Shown: one piece after another, positions 1 through 8,291 of the stretch
Position numbering within the stretch: the stretch's first letter is position 1
Layout of the letters: each line of letters starts with the position of its first letter
Made by a program: the position numbers and the translations under genes
From: Candidatus Latescibacterota bacterium
Lineage (GTDB): Bacteria; Latescibacterota; UBA2968; GCA-2709665
Length of the DNA stretch: 64,000 bases
Direction of reading: 5' to 3'
NCBI GenBank assembly: GCA_965222075.1
Contig: OZ244937.1
Coordinates: 1 to 64,000, forward strand
The notes under the pieces: model-generated
Told to the model about the DNA's origin: nothing
Database searches by the model: none
The model's input: only the letters and a program-made list of their open reading frames with translations

Positions 1-908
1 ATGCCGGACTGGGACTTACCGGAGGCGCTGGTGGCCACGCCCGCTGCCACTCCAATTTCGGTGAAGGTGCCGCCGTCGTTGCGGTAGAGGAAGTTGGGGG
101 TGGTATCGTTGGCGACGTAGAGATCGGTGTCGCCGTCGCTGTCGTAGTCGAAGGTGACGACGCCCAGACCCTTTCCAGGCGGATAGACGGCGATGCCTGC
201 CTGTTGGGTGACATCGGTGAACGTGCCGTCTCCGTTGTTCCGGAACAGGAGGTCGGGCATACCCGGAAAGTTAAGGGGGGAGCAGTAGATGCGGACGCCG
301 CCCTTGTAGCAGGTGGGCTCCCGGGCGGTGTCGTAGATGAGGTAGCGGACGACGTAGAGATCGAGGTCGCCGTCGCCGTCGTAGTCGAAGAAGGCGGCGC
401 TGGTGCTCCAGCCTCCTCCTGCCAAGCCTGCCTGTCGGGTGACGTCGGTGAACGTGCCGTCTCCGTTGTTTCGGTAGAGGATGTTCTCCTCATAACCGGT
501 GACGTAGAGATCGATATCCCCATCGTTGTCGTAGTCGCCAACGGTGCAGCCCATGCCGTAGCCCCGGCCGGGGACGCCTGCCTGTTGGGTGACATCGGTG
601 AAGCGGATTTTTCCATCTGCTGTGGTGTCGTTGCAGTAGAGGGCATTGATGCCTTCCAGAGGTTGGCCAGGCAGGTTGGCGGCGTTGATCAGGTAGAGGT
701 CGAGGTCACCGTCTCCGTCGTAGTCGAAGAGGGCACAGCCCGATCCCATCGGCTCGATATAGTGCCAGCCCCCCTTTGCCCCGGTGCGATGGAAAAAGGT
801 GACGCCCGATGACTCCGTGACGTCGGTGAAGAGGACCGGGTTTGATGCGGCAGAGATGCAAGGAGAGAACACGAGTGCAACGGAGAGGCAGATGGGTGTG
901 CGGATCAT
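1..908 (-). CDS. CRTAC1-family / FG-GAP (VCBS) repeat protein, 3' end outside the window
   Basis: Not in the ORF track. Manual translation from ATG 908 gives MIRTPICLSVALVFSPCISAASNPVLFTDVTESSGVTFFHRTGAKGDWHYIEPMGSGCALFDYDGDGDLDLYLIN, i.e. a signal peptide plus DxDxDG repeats. Paralogous to 19037-20832. Confidence 0.88.
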   Translation of the reverse strand, partial: MIRTPICLSVALVFSPCISAASNPVLFTDVTESSGVTFFHRTGAKGGWHYIEPMGSGCALFDYDGDGDLDLYLINAANLPGQPLEGINALYCNDTTADGKIRFTDVTQQAGVPGRGYGMGCTVGDYDNDGDIDLYVTGYEENILYRNNGDGTFTDVTRQAGLAGGGWSTSAAFFDYDGDGDLDLYVVRYLIYDTAREPTCYKGGVRIYCSPLNFPGMPDLLFRNNGDGTFTDVTQQAGIAVYPPGKGLGVVTFDYDSDGDTDLYVANDTTPNFLYRNDGGTFTEIGVAAGVATSASGKSQSG

Positions 909-993
909 CTGCAGCCTTCCTGTTCAATGCAGCAGCGGTGGGCAATTACGGCTCAGAGAAAATTCGTGCAGGATGAGGTTTTGTCAGGGGTTC

Positions 994-3342
994 TCAATGC
1001 TCGTGGTGCACGTGCGCGTGTTCCCCCGGCCTGTCGTCAGGGGAGAGATCGAACGGTTTCGACGGAACCGGGACCGGAACCGGATCGCCTTCACGAATTT
1101 TCAAGATCTGGTCCATTTCGATATCTTTGAAAACCTGAACTTCTCCGGTAGCGGGCCAGATGATCTCAATCGCACGGATCGAGGTTGCCTGCCCCAGGCC
1201 GATCTCCTGCTGCAGGCTCGATGCGCCGAAACTCCCGCCGGTCGTCACGGTGGCGTAAATATCCCGACTTGAATTTTCGGTATTCACGCGAACTTTAATC
1301 CGCGCCCCGATGGCGGCACGGTTAGACTGAACGCCTTCCAGCCTGAGCGTAATCCAGTGATTTCCGTGTCCCGGGTTCTCAAAGAGCACATTTTGAAATA
1401 TATCACCCGCAAACGCCCCCCCAATAACAGCATAAATATCTTGATCTCCATCGTGATCGATGTCACCAAAAGCGACGCCGTGACCCTTCTGCAAATGTCC
1501 AAACCCGCCGGATGTTGTGACATCCTGAAAGCGTTTGCCCTCTGCATTCCGAAACATCCGGTTGGGCATCAGCGACCGAAAATCTGGATCGCCGGTTCCG
1601 ACATAAAAGTCCAGATAGCCGTCGTTATCCAGGTCTCCAAAGTTGCAGCCCATGGTCAGCAGCACCTTATCGAGTTTGGCCGCCTGGGTGACGTCGGTGA
1701 ACGTTCCGTCGTGATTGTTGCGGTACAAGCGGGGGTGTTTTGTGTCCGGTGGAAGGCCCATAAAATCCGGGTAAAATCCGGAGTAGTCGGCGTCGGAGGG
1801 AAAGCCCAGATAATCGGCCGCGACATCTCCAGCCCCAGCACAATATCCGGAGACAAAGATATCCAACCAGCCGTCGTTGTCGTAATCCCAAAACCAGGTT
1901 GGAAAGCTACAAACAGGCTCTGCTACACCAGTTTCGTTAGTTACTTTGGTAAACTTCCATTGGCCAGATGCGTCTTTTCCATCATTACGATAGAGAAGGT
2001 TAGGATCTAATAGACGCGAAATATAGAGATCCAGCAGACCGTCGTTATTGTAGTCTCCCCAAACCACCCCTTTTATGTAGCCCACCGCGGTGACCCCCGC
2101 TTCCTTGGCAACATCTGTAAATGTAGCGTCGCCGTTGTTGCGGAACAGTTCACACGCATGGAGTTCTCCATACGTTTCGTTTCCGATAAAGAGATCCACC
2201 CACCCGTCGTTGTCGTAATCGCCCCAGGCTGCTGTCTGGGTTGGATGGAGCGTGAGCAATCCGGCCTCTTCTGTCACGTCATCAAAGCTCCCATCCCCCC
2301 GATTGCGTAGCAGAGAGTTGGGATGGCGGCCGCCATCTGTTGCGGGCGGCATACTGAGCCAGGCGCCTCGCAGGACCAGCACGTCGGCGAACCCGTCGTT
2401 GTTGTAATCGGCGTGGCACAGGTTCAACCCACCCACAATCCCCATCAATCCTGCCTCCTCTGTCCGATCGGTAAACGTCCCGTCCCCATTGTTGCGGAAG
2501 TAGCGGAGCTGATCGCGAAGCCCCCAGGAGGAGGCCATGATGTCCAGATACCCATCCCCATCAAAATCCTCCATAATGCTCCCGCCCGCAAGCCCGACAA
2601 CGTCCAGCCCCAGCCGTGGCGCGACATCGTAGAAGCGCTTGATATCGTAGTCGGATTCGAAAATTCTGGGCGGAATCAGATATGCCTGCGGCACCTTTTC
2701 CGGATACACTCCGAGGGTCATGTAGGCAATATTGAGCAGCCACCAGGAAGTCAAATCCACAGGGTTTTCATCCAAAATCGTCAGATACTCCTCGATCGCT
2801 GCGCGAGATCCACGCTCAATCTGATGAACGCCTGAGTCGCGAATCGGGAACAGGCACGCATCGATGTTGTGCTGCATAATACAATTTTCTTGTTCTCCAA
2901 GACGAAGATAGGCAACGGCTCGTAAAGTCTGAAGTTTTTGCCGAAAGTAGAGATTAAGAAATTTATACTCTTCAGATAGTGCTTGCAGGTGCTGGAACTG
3001 CTGCAAAGCTTCTTCCGTCCGGCCATCCAATAGCAGTTCGGTTGCCAGTGTCAGTCGAGCTTCTAGAATTTGGATCTGGCGCGGATGATTCGGTGACGAA
3101 CCGGATTCTCCAAGGTTATCCACCAGTTCGCGAAGGGATTTCACCCTTTCTGAGTTTACGTAAGGATTCGCCCGGGGATCCACACTTTGTGCGATCTCTT
3201 CCAAGCGTTCAGCCATTCTTCGGGTACTGGCCGTCTGATAGTAAAGAGACGGTTTAAAGATAAGCATGAGCACAATGATCGTTCCTGCTACGACGATGAC
3301 AGGTACGGCATAAATGATAAACTTCTTTATGTTTATTTTCAT
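994..3342 (-). CDS. CRTAC1-family FG-GAP repeat protein with C-terminal ASPIC/UnbV domain and N-terminal membrane anchor/TPR-like region
   Basis: Repeated DYDNDG/DFDGDG motifs, SNRAAIGARIKV and EIGLG ASPIC motifs. Start moved to MKINIKK (GAGGTG RBS). Confidence 0.88.
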   Translation of the reverse strand: MKINIKKFIIYAVPVIVVAGTIIVLMLIFKPSLYYQTASTRRMAERLEEIAQSVDPRANPYVNSERVKSLRELVDNLGESGSSPNHPRQIQILEARLTLATELLLDGRTEEALQQFQHLQALSEEYKFLNLYFRQKLQTLRAVAYLRLGEQENCIMQHNIDACLFPIRDSGVHQIERGSRAAIEEYLTILDENPVDLTSWWLLNIAYMTLGVYPEKVPQAYLIPPRIFESDYDIKRFYDVAPRLGLDVVGLAGGSIMEDFDGDGYLDIMASSWGLRDQLRYFRNNGDGTFTDRTEEAGLMGIVGGLNLCHADYNNDGFADVLVLRGAWLSMPPATDGGRHPNSLLRNRGDGSFDDVTEEAGLLTLHPTQTAAWGDYDNDGWVDLFIGNETYGELHACELFRNNGDATFTDVAKEAGVTAVGYIKGVVWGDYNNDGLLDLYISRLLDPNLLYRNDGKDASGQWKFTKVTNETGVAEPVCSFPTWFWDYDNDGWLDIFVSGYCAGAGDVAADYLGFPSDADYSGFYPDFMGLPPDTKHPRLYRNNHDGTFTDVTQAAKLDKVLLTMGCNFGDLDNDGYLDFYVGTGDPDFRSLMPNRMFRNAEGKRFQDVTTSGGFGHLQKGHGVAFGDIDHDGDQDIYAVIGGAFAGDIFQNVLFENPGHGNHWITLRLEGVQSNRAAIGARIKVRVNTENSSRDIYATVTTGGSFGASSLQQEIGLGQATSIRAIEIIWPATGEVQVFKDIEMDQILKIREGDPVPVPVPSKPFDLSPDDRPGEHAHVHHEH

Positions 3343-3386
3343 TTCACCTCTTTTGGATGAAGCAGCAACCTCTACGAAGGCAGGTA

Positions 3387-4934
3387 TCATTCAAACGGAC
3401 GCCCAAAGGAGGTGAGCGCCCACAGAGCCAGCAGGTAGACGCATATGAGCGATTGGATACTCGAAACCGTCCTGACCCACCCGGTTGCTCGCAAGGTGTA
3501 CTCTCGGGGCTGTATACGAGCAATCCAGTTGCCGGCGTTAAGGTCCCGCCAGCCGATGTGAAAAGCGGATAATATGCTTAAGTAAAGGCCGACCCACAGA
3601 GCGGTCATTCGAACAGGATTCTTTTCCTCTTCTTCTTTATGGATACGATCCTCCGACCACACAGCCCAGATCCTGGCTTTTTCACCCTTTTTCAGGGCGA
3701 ACATGTACGGAACAGAAAAAGCCGGAATAAGAATTAACACTATAATTAAGGGGCGTTTGGGCGACATGCCGTATTGACATGTCAACTCGAAAAAGATGAG
3801 CTTGAAGGCGCTTTCGATATAACCCAAAGCAAGTCCCAGAGCACGTTCTGTCAGGTTCGCGTATCCAACAGACCTGGTTGCCATGGTCCTTTTGCTGTGT
3901 TCAATGGCGTATGTTATTTCACGTTCCTGTTCACGCAGACCCGCCTGCTTGAACGCTTCACGCACCTCCCTCAGCGAGTGGGGTGAATCCGAGAAGGTCA
4001 TTTGTGAGAGATTCTTTGCACGTGCGAGAGATGGAATCTCCGGTAGAGGTCCCGGTTTAAGCTCGAAAATGGTGAAGGCAAGGTTGGCCTTCCACAGGTT
4101 GGCCTTGCTCAGGTTGGCCTTGCTCAGGTTGGCCTTGCTCAGGTTGGCGCTGCTCAGGTCGGTAAAGCTCAGATCCGCCTCTATCAGGTCGGCACCAGTC
4201 AGGTCGGCCTCGCTCAGATTGGCCCCACTAAGGGTGACCCCACTCACCAGTTTGGCCTCTCTCAGTTTGGCCTTGCTCAGGTCGGCTCTGCTGAGGTTGG
4301 CTCCGAGGAGGTCGGCCCTGCTCAGATCGGCCATCACCAGTTTGGCCTTGCCCAGGTCGGCCCCGACAAGGTTGGCGCCGCTCAGGTCGGCCAGGCTCAG
4401 GTCCGCGCCGCTCAGGTCGGCCGCGCCCAGGATGGCCCCGCTCAAGTTGGCCCCGCTCAGGGTGGCCCTGCTTAAGTTGGCCTGGAGCAGCTTGGCCCCG
4501 CTCAGGTCGGCCCCGATCAGGATGGCCCCGTTCAAGACGGCCGTGACAAGGTCGGTCCCGCTCAGGTTCGCTACGTTCAGGGCAGCCCAGCTCAGGTCGG
4601 CTCCACTCAGGTTCGCCTTTCTCAGGTCGATCCCGCTCAGGTTCGCCTTTCTCAGGTTGGCCCCGCTCAGGGCGGCCTTCTCTCCTTCTTTTTGATCGGT
4701 TGAGAGCCACTTCTGGTGGCGTTCGAGGATTCGGTAGAGGCCATCTCTGGTAAGGGTGGTTCCGTCTCGGAGTCTGCCCTTCCACTCTCTGTTCGTCTGG
4801 TCCTGGCCGCTGGCAGATTGGGCGGCAATGAGCAGAATCCCGGCTATTGTCCCGGTCAAGATACGGACAAAGCGTTGCATAGTCTCTATCCCCCAGCTGA
4901 TACGCTTTTCGTTCCGTCGTTCATCGTTCAGCAT
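3387..4934 (-). CDS. Pentapeptide-repeat protein with C-terminal channel-like transmembrane domain
   Basis: Long A(D/N)LSx repeat tract, N-terminal hydrophobic segment, C-terminal TM helices. Confidence 0.85.
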   Translation of the reverse strand: MLNDERRNEKRISWGIETMQRFVRILTGTIAGILLIAAQSASGQDQTNREWKGRLRDGTTLTRDGLYRILERHQKWLSTDQKEGEKAALSGANLRKANLSGIDLRKANLSGADLSWAALNVANLSGTDLVTAVLNGAILIGADLSGAKLLQANLSRATLSGANLSGAILGAADLSGADLSLADLSGANLVGADLGKAKLVMADLSRADLLGANLSRADLSKAKLREAKLVSGVTLSGANLSEADLTGADLIEADLSFTDLSSANLSKANLSKANLSKANLWKANLAFTIFELKPGPLPEIPSLARAKNLSQMTFSDSPHSLREVREAFKQAGLREQEREITYAIEHSKRTMATRSVGYANLTERALGLALGYIESAFKLIFFELTCQYGMSPKRPLIIVLILIPAFSVPYMFALKKGEKARIWAVWSEDRIHKEEEEKNPVRMTALWVGLYLSILSAFHIGWRDLNAGNWIARIQPREYTLRATGWVRTVSSIQSLICVYLLALWALTSFGRPFE

Positions 4935-4972
4935 TCCTTTTGCGAGTATCGTAAGCAGTCATCAATCCCGGC

Positions 4973-6082
4973 CTATCGGTTCGAAGATAAAAAGTCTTCC
5001 ACCAGATCCTGAGGAAACATGTGACCCTTGTCGTGGATGACACATTTCACGTTATCCAACCCTTGTAAGAAACGACAGCTATATCCCTTATCCGCTTCTA
5101 TCTTATACGTTCCTTTTTCCTGTTTCCCATAGGTAAACAGATATTGAGTGGACGAGTCTTTTAGCATCGAATAGAGATTATCAAAGCCAACATCGACATA
5201 TAATCCGGGGATGATGATCTGGTGAAATCCAGACCAGGAAATCGTTTTGGTCATCACCGAAAATCCGGATGCAACAACGGCAGCCGTTGGTTCCGATTGT
5301 AACGCGTTCAACAGCGCGGCAGCGCCCCCCTGCGAGAGCCCCAGGATAAAGACTTTGTCGTATTGACTCTGGAGATATTTTATAAATGCGATACTATTCG
5401 CGATGTAGTGAGCAGAATATGAACTGCCATAGTTGAGGAGATAAGGTGTGATAAAAGCATAGTCCAGTTTATTTTTTCCATCATGTATGGCCAGGATGTC
5501 TTCATTCGGCTTGATAAAGATAAATGTATCACCATATTTTTCCGTTATTTCCAGCACGTTTCCGTGATAATTACTCAGGTCTTTTCGGAAAATCGTTGAG
5601 GATTGATTTTTTCCACTTCCCGGGATGATGAGACATGCACAGGTAACATTGGAAGGAGGGGCCTTGCTTTTTTGAAAGTATGAGTAAGCGGTGTAGGTCT
5701 TCCCAAGCCGATAATCCAGTTTAAAGACATCCTCTTCCAGAGAACCTTCCAATATTTCGAGATCGGAGTAAGCATTTTTGAACAGAGATGCTTCCAAAAA
5801 CATCTCGTTTATTCTTTTGTGAATCTGCTCAAACGTTTCCGAGGGAAGGTATATCTGCTGCTCATCGATGAGTGCATCGACAAAAGCAAATCTCAGGAGT
5901 TCCTCCTGGTTTTGAAACTCGAAATCCGGATTCAATAGAGTCATTGTATGCTCCTCATCGACCTGATTTGGGTTCTGCTGCACAAAGGATGTTGAGGCAG
6001 TTGTCAAAACTGATAGGAGGGTGATCAAGAATACCCATCGTACGATTCCTCTGGAAGTCCAGGGCTTCTCAAGGGTTTTCAC
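4973..6082 (-). CDS. Secreted alpha/beta-hydrolase-fold protein
   Basis: GLSQGG nucleophile elbow, C-terminal GH, N-terminal signal-like helix. AT-rich relative to the window. Confidence 0.7.
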   Translation of the reverse strand: MKTLEKPWTSRGIVRWVFLITLLSVLTTASTSFVQQNPNQVDEEHTMTLLNPDFEFQNQEELLRFAFVDALIDEQQIYLPSETFEQIHKRINEMFLEASLFKNAYSDLEILEGSLEEDVFKLDYRLGKTYTAYSYFQKSKAPPSNVTCACLIIPGSGKNQSSTIFRKDLSNYHGNVLEITEKYGDTFIFIKPNEDILAIHDGKNKLDYAFITPYLLNYGSSYSAHYIANSIAFIKYLQSQYDKVFILGLSQGGAAALLNALQSEPTAAVVASGFSVMTKTISWSGFHQIIIPGLYVDVGFDNLYSMLKDSSTQYLFTYGKQEKGTYKIEADKGYSCRFLQGLDNVKCVIHDKGHMFPQDLVEDFLSSNR

Positions 6083-6184
6083 GGGTGGTTCTCTCCTTTC
6101 CGGGACAGCAGGTATACTATCGGGATATGAGGGTCACTCGTGTGGCAGACGAGGTGTATACCGTATGGACTCTAAATTTCTTCC

Positions 6185-6213
6185 AAGGTATTTCATGACT
6201 GAGGGCGTGTCAA
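6185..6213 (-). promoter_or_regulatory. sigma70-type promoter for the leftward operon
   Basis: TTGACA-17 nt-TACCTT on the minus strand. Confidence 0.6.
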
Positions 6214-6266
6214 GGTGTTATTTCGCCCGAAAAATCTTACACACTCAATAGATCAATAAAAAGAGC

Positions 6267-6295
6267 TTGACATCGGTATAAATAATCATTAATTT
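6267..6295 (+). promoter_or_regulatory. sigma70-type promoter for TBDR operon 1
   Basis: TTGACA-17 nt-TAATTT. Confidence 0.6.
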
Positions 6296-6409
6296 GCTGC
6301 AGGCGATTGCAATATTGTTTCCAATTAATGAATCTTACGGGGAAGGTCTTCGTGGGAATGTCATCTATCAATCCCGGTCGCGTCTTAGAGGTCTGAGAGC
6401 GTTTGATAG

Positions 6410-6600
6410 TAGGATATATATAAAAAAATCCCCGTGATCCCAGGTGTTTGGCGACACGGATCACGAGGCTGAGCAGCGTGCAGGGGAATTAGCTATGCTA
6501 TCTCCTTAGCACGCGCTCAATTAGTCTATATAAAAATTCAGTTTCTGTCAAGAATTTTTTGTCGTTTTGTTTGGAGAAATTCGCCGCAGAGGTCGCAGAG
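6410..6600. repeat. ~200-bp conserved non-coding leader element, copy 1
   Basis: Colinear near-identical match to 30591-30794 (taggatatat...gtgtttggYgacacgga...attagctatgctatct...aaattcagtttctgtcaag...ttggagaaattcgccgcagaggtcgcagag). Confidence 0.92.
6422..6518 (-). ncRNA. Candidate ~95-nt cis-antisense sRNA, copy 1
   Basis: Preceded by a minus-strand TTGACA-17-TAGACT (6551-6523). Two stem-loops, the second (cctcgtgatcc/ggatcacgggg) followed by a U7 tract. Confidence 0.6.
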
Positions 6601-6702
6601 ATGTTTGATCTTTCTCTAATCCGGCGTAATCGACAGCTTTGAGGGTTACCTACTTGAAGGATAATCTAACGTGTCATGCTCATTAAAGGAAGGAGGTCGG
6701 TG

Positions 6703-7449
6703 ATGGATTTTGAACGTGTTTTAAGCCTCTGTGTGGCGTTCCTGCTGGTTGTCGGTTTCTCCGACAGCGCGATTGCACAGGATGCGAAGTTTGAAAAGGG
6801 TATTTATGATGTCACCGAACATAACCAGGACCAGGTGAAAAATCTGTTTGTCGAGGATCAGGTGACGATTAAATATGCGCGCGCTTCTCAGATGGACCAG
6901 GCGGGCCGGTGGGTGAGACTGGGCCCGAATGGAGAGGTGTATGAGATCGTGGGCGAGCATCTTCCGGGTGCCGGAACCGAGACCATCCTGATAAACTACC
7001 AGTCCTTAGCCGATGACATCACGGACAAGGACCTGTGGCGTCCCCCCTGTATGATCTTCTACCAGGTGTTGCCGGTGGACTCAGACGGTCCGGTGCGCCT
7101 TTCAGATGCGTTTGAGGTTGAGCCAACACTGGGCGTACGGCCATTGCCGGGCGAATGGTTCACGCTTCCGCAGGCGAAGTTGGCGGCAAGGGTCTATCCG
7201 AATCCGTTCAACCCGAGCACGACGATATCCTACAACCTGCCGGGCGATGCCTTTGTTTCGATCGTCATCTACGATGTGACCGGACAGGAGGTGCGGCGGT
7301 TGGTCGGAGAGACGAAGGCTGCTGGACGCTACAAGGTCCGGTGGGATGGGAAGGATCAGTTTGGCCGCGATGTGAGCAGCGGTGTCTACTTCGCCAGGAT
7401 CGAAGCGGGTCCGTTTTCGACCTCGCAAAAGATGCTGCTGTTGAAGTAG
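6703..7449 (+). CDS. Small secreted protein with T9SS type-A sorting / FlgD-Ig C-terminal domain
   Basis: Signal peptide; YPNPFNPSTTISY...WDGKD...SSGVYFARI...KMLLLK; AGGAGG RBS. Confidence 0.85.
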   Translation: MDFERVLSLCVAFLLVVGFSDSAIAQDAKFEKGIYDVTEHNQDQVKNLFVEDQVTIKYARASQMDQAGRWVRLGPNGEVYEIVGEHLPGAGTETILINYQSLADDITDKDLWRPPCMIFYQVLPVDSDGPVRLSDAFEVEPTLGVRPLPGEWFTLPQAKLAARVYPNPFNPSTTISYNLPGDAFVSIVIYDVTGQEVRRLVGETKAAGRYKVRWDGKDQFGRDVSSGVYFARIEAGPFSTSQKMLLLK

Positions 7450-7541
7450 CGGAACGGCGTTCAAAAAAAGGCGAGGAGGGGAGATTTTTGTTTCGGAGGA
7501 AAGAAGCGTCGTTTCCGTCTCTCAAGGAAGGAGGTGGGTTG

Positions 7542-8258
7542 ATGCGACTTAACTGTTTGATCTTTAGCCTGGGTGGGATGGCTCTTTTGTTTGTATCGGC
7601 CGGCGTTCAGGCTCAGGAGACTAAGTGGGGAATCGGCGGGTTTGTGGATTTCAACATTCCGTTTCTGCAGTTGCGGGAGAGGTTCAGCAACACCCCAAAG
7701 TACGGGGCTACACTGAACTTTGTGCGCAGTAAGGCCGTTACCATCGAGATCGAGTACCACTACTCACGATTCGGCGACGGGAAACCGGGGGCAGAGCCGT
7801 TTACGTGGTCCGTGGACGGCAAGACCTACACCAGCCCGAACGCCGAATCCTCGTTGACGTTCAACAGCGTGACGATCAATGCCCTGATCTTTCTGGGTGA
7901 GGAGAACCGGTCCCGGGGATTCGCGGCAAAGGAGTACCGGTTCTATGTCCTGGTCGGTGGTGGGTTTTACCGCTACAAGATGGTCAACAAGGATCTGGTC
8001 TTCCCGGGACAGACTTCCCTGCCTATCGATTTGACGCTGGTGATGGACCCGCAGGTAGACCAGCGTTACACCCTGGGGGCGGACTTCGGCGTAGGCCTGG
8101 AGGCGTTTGTGACAGACAATCTGAGCTTTGACCTGCGGGGTCGGTACAACTTTGTGGTGGGAGAGCTGAGGCCGATGCTCTTTTACGAACAGGACCGGAC
8201 CCGGCCATTGCAGCTCGTCGACTTCGGCGTGGGGATGAAGTTCTATTTCTGGCAGTGA
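7542..8258 (+). CDS. Outer-membrane beta-barrel protein (OmpA/OmpW-like, 8-stranded)
   Basis: Signal peptide ending VQA, amphipathic strands, C-terminal GVGMKFYFWQ; GGAGG RBS. Confidence 0.75.
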   Translation: MRLNCLIFSLGGMALLFVSAGVQAQETKWGIGGFVDFNIPFLQLRERFSNTPKYGATLNFVRSKAVTIEIEYHYSRFGDGKPGAEPFTWSVDGKTYTSPNAESSLTFNSVTINALIFLGEENRSRGFAAKEYRFYVLVGGGFYRYKMVNKDLVFPGQTSLPIDLTLVMDPQVDQRYTLGADFGVGLEAFVTDNLSFDLRGRYNFVVGELRPMLFYEQDRTRPLQLVDFGVGMKFYFWQ

Positions 8259-8291
8259 GGTCCGGGGTCGGTTTCTGAAAGGAGGCAGGTT

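Noticed and set aside
6422-6520. Known riboswitch, tRNA or integron attC identity for the duplicated leader
   Set aside because: I recognise no cloverleaf, cobalamin/TPP/SAM consensus or attC R-boxes. It is retained only as an unnamed antisense candidate.
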